From the NCBI GenBank assembly GCA_046757165.1, contig JBHHXT010000177.1, forward strand, positions 1 to 10,401: a DNA stretch of 10,401 nucleotides, read 5' to 3'. This DNA comes from a bacterium. GTDB taxonomy: Bacteria > Zhuqueibacterota > Zhuqueibacteria > Oceanimicrobiales > Oceanimicrobiaceae. The notes under the pieces are model-generated. The model searched no databases, was not told where the DNA came from, and was given only the letters and a program-made list of their open reading frames with translations. Shown piece after piece: positions 7,322 through 10,401 of this stretch. Made by a program: the position numbers and the translations under genes. Every line of letters begins with the position of its first letter. Positions within the stretch are counted from its first letter, which is position 1.

Positions 7322-8301
7322 CTGCTCCGCTTTATTTCCTGAATGAGGTGGTAGATAACGGCGTCCGTCCTGTAGGTCTCGTACAAGGGTTCAACCTGCT
7401 CTGCAAACAAGATCTTGTCCGGATAAATAACTTGCACGCCGGCGGCTTCCACGGCAGCCAGGGCCTGCCGGGTCGCGGCCGTCCAGAGCTTCCTCTGATG
7501 TTGGGCCGATTCGTTGGCAGCCTCCTGCAACAGGCGTTGAAATTCAGGGGTCAGGCTGTTCCAAATCCTGGTACTGATGACCAGGACATCCGGCACTGCG
7601 GTGTGTTCGTCCAGGCTGTAGTATTTGCAGACTTCATAGTGGTGGGAGAGGTAGAAGCTGGGGGCATTGTTTTCCGCTCCATCCACAACGCCCTGCTGCA
7701 AGGAGGTGTACAGCTCTCCCCACGCAATCGGGGTCGGGGAGCCCCCAAGTGACTGCACCATCTCCATGGAAGTCGGACTTTCCTGCGTTCGGATCTTGAG
7801 GCCCACAAGGTCCTGCGGCGCACGGATGGGTTTCTCTTTCGTATAAAAGCTCCGGCTGCCGGCATCGTAATAGCACAACCCCCTCAGCCAGACCTTTTCG
7901 CCTGCCCGCAGCAACCGCTTGCCGATCTGCCCTCCCAGCACGCTGAAACGGTGCTCGTCATCGCGAAAGATGTAGGGCAGGCTGAGGACTTTCTGCTCTG
8001 GAACAAAGGCTTCCAGCACACTTGATGAGACTTTTGTCATGGCCAGGCTGCCAATCTGGAGAAGCTCGAGACATTCTCTCTCGGATCCCAGTTGCTCGCT
8101 CGGATAGATGTCGATTCTGGCCCGGCCAGCCGACTTCCGGGAGAGACGTTGCGCCATGAATTCCATGGCTTGATGGACCGGGTGACTGGTGTTGAGACCG
8201 TGCGCCAGCTTGAGGACCACAACCTCGGTATCACGCCGGCAACCGTTCAGCAAAGCGCCAATACCGAGCGCGGTGAAAAAACAGCATCTACTGAATCGCA
8301 T
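7318..8301 (-). CDS. dctP: TRAP transporter substrate-binding protein (probable lipoprotein, sugar-acid ligand)
   Basis: 'LKLAH', 'IYPSEQLG', 'DLVGLKIRT', 'ELYTSLQQGVVDGAEN'. The N-terminal signal ends in LLNG-C21. It starts 1 nt after the kduI stop. Confidence 0.95.
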   Translation of the reverse strand: MRFSRCCFFTALGIGALLNGCRRDTEVVVLKLAHGLNTSHPVHQAMEFMAQRLSRKSAGRARIDIYPSEQLGSERECLELLQIGSLAMTKVSSSVLEAFVPEQKVLSLPYIFRDDEHRFSVLGGQIGKRLLRAGEKVWLRGLCYYDAGSRSFYTKEKPIRAPQDLVGLKIRTQESPTSMEMVQSLGGSPTPIAWGELYTSLQQGVVDGAENNAPSFYLSHHYEVCKYYSLDEHTAVPDVLVISTRIWNSLTPEFQRLLQEAANESAQHQRKLWTAATRQALAAVEAAGVQVIYPDKILFAEQVEPLYETYRTDAVIYHLIQEIKRSR

Positions 8302-8302
8302 G

Positions 8303-8746
8303 TTAGTACAGATCCTTTATATCAACAAAATCCATGTCGCCAAAATCCTGGTTTTCGCCGCCCATGCCCCAGATAAACGAATAGCTCCGGGTTCCGGCGC
8401 CCGCATGAATCGACCAGTCTGGTGACACGACCGCCTGCAGGTTCCGGACCACCAGACATCTCGTTTCGTGCGGCTCACCCATCAGGTGAAAAACGCGTGC
8501 ATCTTCAGGCAGACCAAAATACAGATAAACTTCAGAGCGGCGCGGATGCGTGTGCGGTGGCATGGTGTTCCAGACACTGCCCTCTGCCAGCTCCGTAAAC
8601 CCCATCACCAGTTGACAACTCTGCACCACCCCGGGGCAAATCGCCTGATAAATCGTCCGGCTGTTTGCTTCCGCAACGGTTCCCAACACGACCCGGTTGG
8701 CCTGCTCCTTTGGAATGCGTTCGGTGGCAAACGTCTGGTGTGCCGG
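8303..8746 (-). pseudogene. kduI: 3' half of 5-keto-4-deoxyuronate isomerase (N-terminal half missing)
   Basis: 'PAH', 'SCQLVMGFTEL', 'WNTMPPHTHPRRSEVYLYF', 'MGEPHETR', 'SPDWSIHAGAGT', 'WGMGGENQDFGDMD'. Only ~147 codons versus ~278 aa for E. coli KduI. The upstream in-frame sequence is unrelated. Confidence 0.9.
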
Positions 8747-8912
8747 TTGCCACGCCCAGGGCGGTGCCCTCGATGAGAACGTTCGCACCAGGCAGGGGCT
8801 GACCGGTCTCTCCGTCAGTCACGGTGCCGGTGATATGTCCGCTGCTGGCGCCAAAGCTGCTGGTCCCCCAAAGCAGAAGGCTAGACGTCAACAATAGTCG
8901 GCGAAACTTCAT
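8745..8912 (-). pseudogene. 5' fragment (56 codons) of a TonB-dependent-receptor-like gene: signal peptide plus start of a carboxypeptidase-regulatory-like domain
   Basis: GGAGGG RBS (8922-8917) and ATG 8912. 'MKFRRLLLTSSLLLWGTSSFGA' then 'GHITGTVTDGETGQPLPGANVLIEGTALGVAT'. It then reads kduI DNA out of frame to TGA at 8532. Confidence 0.85.
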
Positions 8913-8988
8913 GACACCCTCCATTTTGTAGATTTGAATGACATCGTTTGCCAATTCCCTGATAGAGCATCCCTGGCATCCCACTGAA

Positions 8989-10125
8989 TCAATCTACGAC
9001 TGACCCTTCTTCGACCTGGGAACTCTTACCGCTCAACTCTGCGCCACAGGAGGAACGTACCACCAGTTTCGGTGCCAGAATCGTCCGCGTTGCCGTATTC
9101 ACGCCCGCTATTCTCTTGCTTAGACTATCAAAAGCGATTCGCCCAATTTCTGAGGTAGGCTGAGCAACAGTTGTCAAGGGGACCGGGGCGATTCGTCCAC
9201 GTTTTATGTTGTCAAAACCTACCATCGCCACATCTTCCGGGACACGCATGCCGTAGCTCAAAACGGCCTTTTGGAAACCCAGGGCAGAGAGGTCGTTATA
9301 GATAAACATGGCTTCCGGCCTTCCGGGCAAATTCACAAAGCGTTCTCCCACTTCATAGCCCGACTGATAATCATGCTCTCCCCCCTTCAGGCGCAGACGA
9401 AAAACGTGCGCCTCATTGATCGGCTTGCCATAATGCTTCAAGGCCGCAACGTAACCCTTCTTCCTGAGCTCCCCCAAAAGACTCCCCTGTTCGCCGTTGA
9501 TGTAGCCAATTCTTTCGTACCCAAGATTTATCACATGCTCGGTAGCCAGAAAGGCCCCTTTTTCATGGTCCGTGCCAACGTAGAAAATGTCCTGATCCTG
9601 GACATACGAAACCATGACGTAAGGAAACGCCTCTTCGTGCAACTTGCGAATGGTGGTTGTTGCCCGGTAGAGATGGGACATCGACGCGATGAGCAAGGCG
9701 TTGACACCCATCTCACGAAATCGTCGAATTTGGGTTTCTTCCCGGTCCATGCGGTTGGATGAGGTGGATAGAAGTGCATGATAGCCGGCGCTGTAGGCAT
9801 TTTCCTCAAAACTGTCCACGATAAGAGAGAAGAACGGGTTCTTCAAATCCCGCAGAACGATGCCAATGGTCTTGTTTGACTGGGTCACAAAAGGCGAGCT
9901 GGCGGCGACAAATGTCCCTTTGCCGACCCGGCTATACAGAATGCCCTGGTTGATGAGTTCCGATAAAGCCTTCTTGACCGTAATCAGGCTGACGCCGTAC
10001 TGTTCGGCCAACTGCTGGTGCGAACCAACCTTCTCGTCTTTCCCTAGCTGCCCTGCCGCAATCCTGGATTTGATGTCCGCCACGATTTGACGATACAACG
10101 GGTTTGGATTTTGGAGGTCGATCAT
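8989..10125 (-). CDS. Transcriptional regulator with N-terminal GntR HTH and LacI-type sugar-binding domain (AraR-like architecture), 378 aa
   Basis: 'PLYRQI...LAEQYGVSLITVKKALSELINQGILY..VGKGTFV' followed by 'TIGIVL..LKNPFF', 'RVPEDVAMVGFDN', 'PLTTVAQP', 'LVVRSSC'. The start is ATG 10125; the ORF-track TTG 10188 is the -35 box. Confidence 0.93.
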   Translation of the reverse strand: MIDLQNPNPLYRQIVADIKSRIAAGQLGKDEKVGSHQQLAEQYGVSLITVKKALSELINQGILYSRVGKGTFVAASSPFVTQSNKTIGIVLRDLKNPFFSLIVDSFEENAYSAGYHALLSTSSNRMDREETQIRRFREMGVNALLIASMSHLYRATTTIRKLHEEAFPYVMVSYVQDQDIFYVGTDHEKGAFLATEHVINLGYERIGYINGEQGSLLGELRKKGYVAALKHYGKPINEAHVFRLRLKGGEHDYQSGYEVGERFVNLPGRPEAMFIYNDLSALGFQKAVLSYGMRVPEDVAMVGFDNIKRGRIAPVPLTTVAQPTSEIGRIAFDSLSKRIAGVNTATRTILAPKLVVRSSCGAELSGKSSQVEEGSVVD

Positions 10126-10144
10126 TGCAATGCGCCTTGCTATA

Positions 10145-10168
10145 ATACCTGGTATACCGAGTATATAC
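10145..10168. promoter_or_regulatory. Candidate operator palindromes overlapping the -10 box and transcription start
   Basis: ATACCTGGTAT (10145-10155), GGTATACC (10151-10158) and GTATATAC (10161-10168). GT..AC palindromes are typical of GntR-family operators. Confidence 0.5.
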
Positions 10169-10188
10169 AATCCTCGCGTGAATGTCAA
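10160..10188 (-). promoter_or_regulatory. sigma70 promoter of the regulator/uronate operon: TTGACA-N17-TATACT
   Basis: Plus-strand tgtcaa 10183-10188 and agtata 10160-10165, exactly 17 nt apart. The -10 box ends 34 nt upstream of ATG 10125. Confidence 0.85.
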
Positions 10189-10283
10189 GAAAAATATTGA
10201 CTAAATGTCATAATCAGCTTCTTGCGTGAGAGCTTATGAACCGCAATGACCAGGAGACGGAAAGACACAAGGAATTATGGCAC

Positions 10284-10315
10284 AAAATAAAAAAGCACCA
10301 ATTTCTGGTGCTTTT
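10284..10315 (-). terminator. Intrinsic terminator of the tRNA-Phe transcript
   Basis: Perfect 10-bp stem aaaagcacca (10291-10300), atttc loop, tggtgctttt (10306-10315). T-rich tail on the minus strand. Confidence 0.85.
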
Positions 10316-10355
10316 GACATTTCTGAGAAGATTGTTAATTCAAAACTTTACGATG

Positions 10356-10401
10356 TGGCCAGGCGCAGAATCGAACTGCGGACACACGGATTTTCAGTCC
10401 G
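10356..10401 (-). tRNA. tRNA-Phe(GAA), 3' half only (5' part outside the window); CCA not encoded
   Basis: Minus strand CGGA-CTGAAAA-TCCG (anticodon arm), TGTGTC, CGCAG-TTCGATT-CTGCG (perfect T arm), CCTGGCC-A, followed by CAT rather than CCA. Confidence 0.88.

Larger units (their letters stand above)
2857..10401. mobile_element. Putative tRNA-Phe-integrated genomic island remnant (repeat-to-repeat distance 7497 bp), no integrase
   Basis: Direct repeats of the tRNA 3' half flank one co-oriented catabolic gene block, and there is an internal deletion scar at ~8745. Confidence 0.7.

Noticed and set aside
8736..8755. Programmed frameshift producing a secreted receptor-KduI fusion
   Set aside because: There is no slippery sequence, and both domains are cut mid-fold. 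A deletion or misassembly explains it more simply.
8967..8982. GCATCCC direct repeat after the regulator stop
   Set aside because: It is a 7-bp two-copy repeat, compatible with chance, and no function is evident.

Overview
Bacterial window in which every credible gene lies on the minus strand. It has two parts. (1) 2857-10401: a 7.5-kb block bounded by the 3' half of a tRNA-Phe(GAA) gene (cut by the right window edge) and a degenerate direct-repeat copy of that 3' half at 2857-2905. This is the signature of an element integrated into tRNA-Phe, but no integrase is present. The cargo is a hexuronate-utilisation operon: a GntR-HTH/LacI-type regulator with a near-consensus sigma70 promoter, an out-of-frame fusion scar between the 5' end of a TonB-dependent-receptor-like gene and the 3' half of kduI, TRAP dctPQM, uxuA and uxaC. 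The uxaC stop codon lies inside the tRNA-derived repeat. (2) 1-2583: an ECF-type sigma factor, a soluble HxxxCxxC zinc anti-sigma-like protein, and a translationally coupled membrane protein with anti-sigma-like N-terminus and TPR-like C-terminus. These are followed by a gene missing from the ORF track, with a strong RBS and a 12-aa tandem repeat (EQDESAGSSQPR), that runs off the left edge. All family assignments come from recognising motifs by eye; no searches were run.
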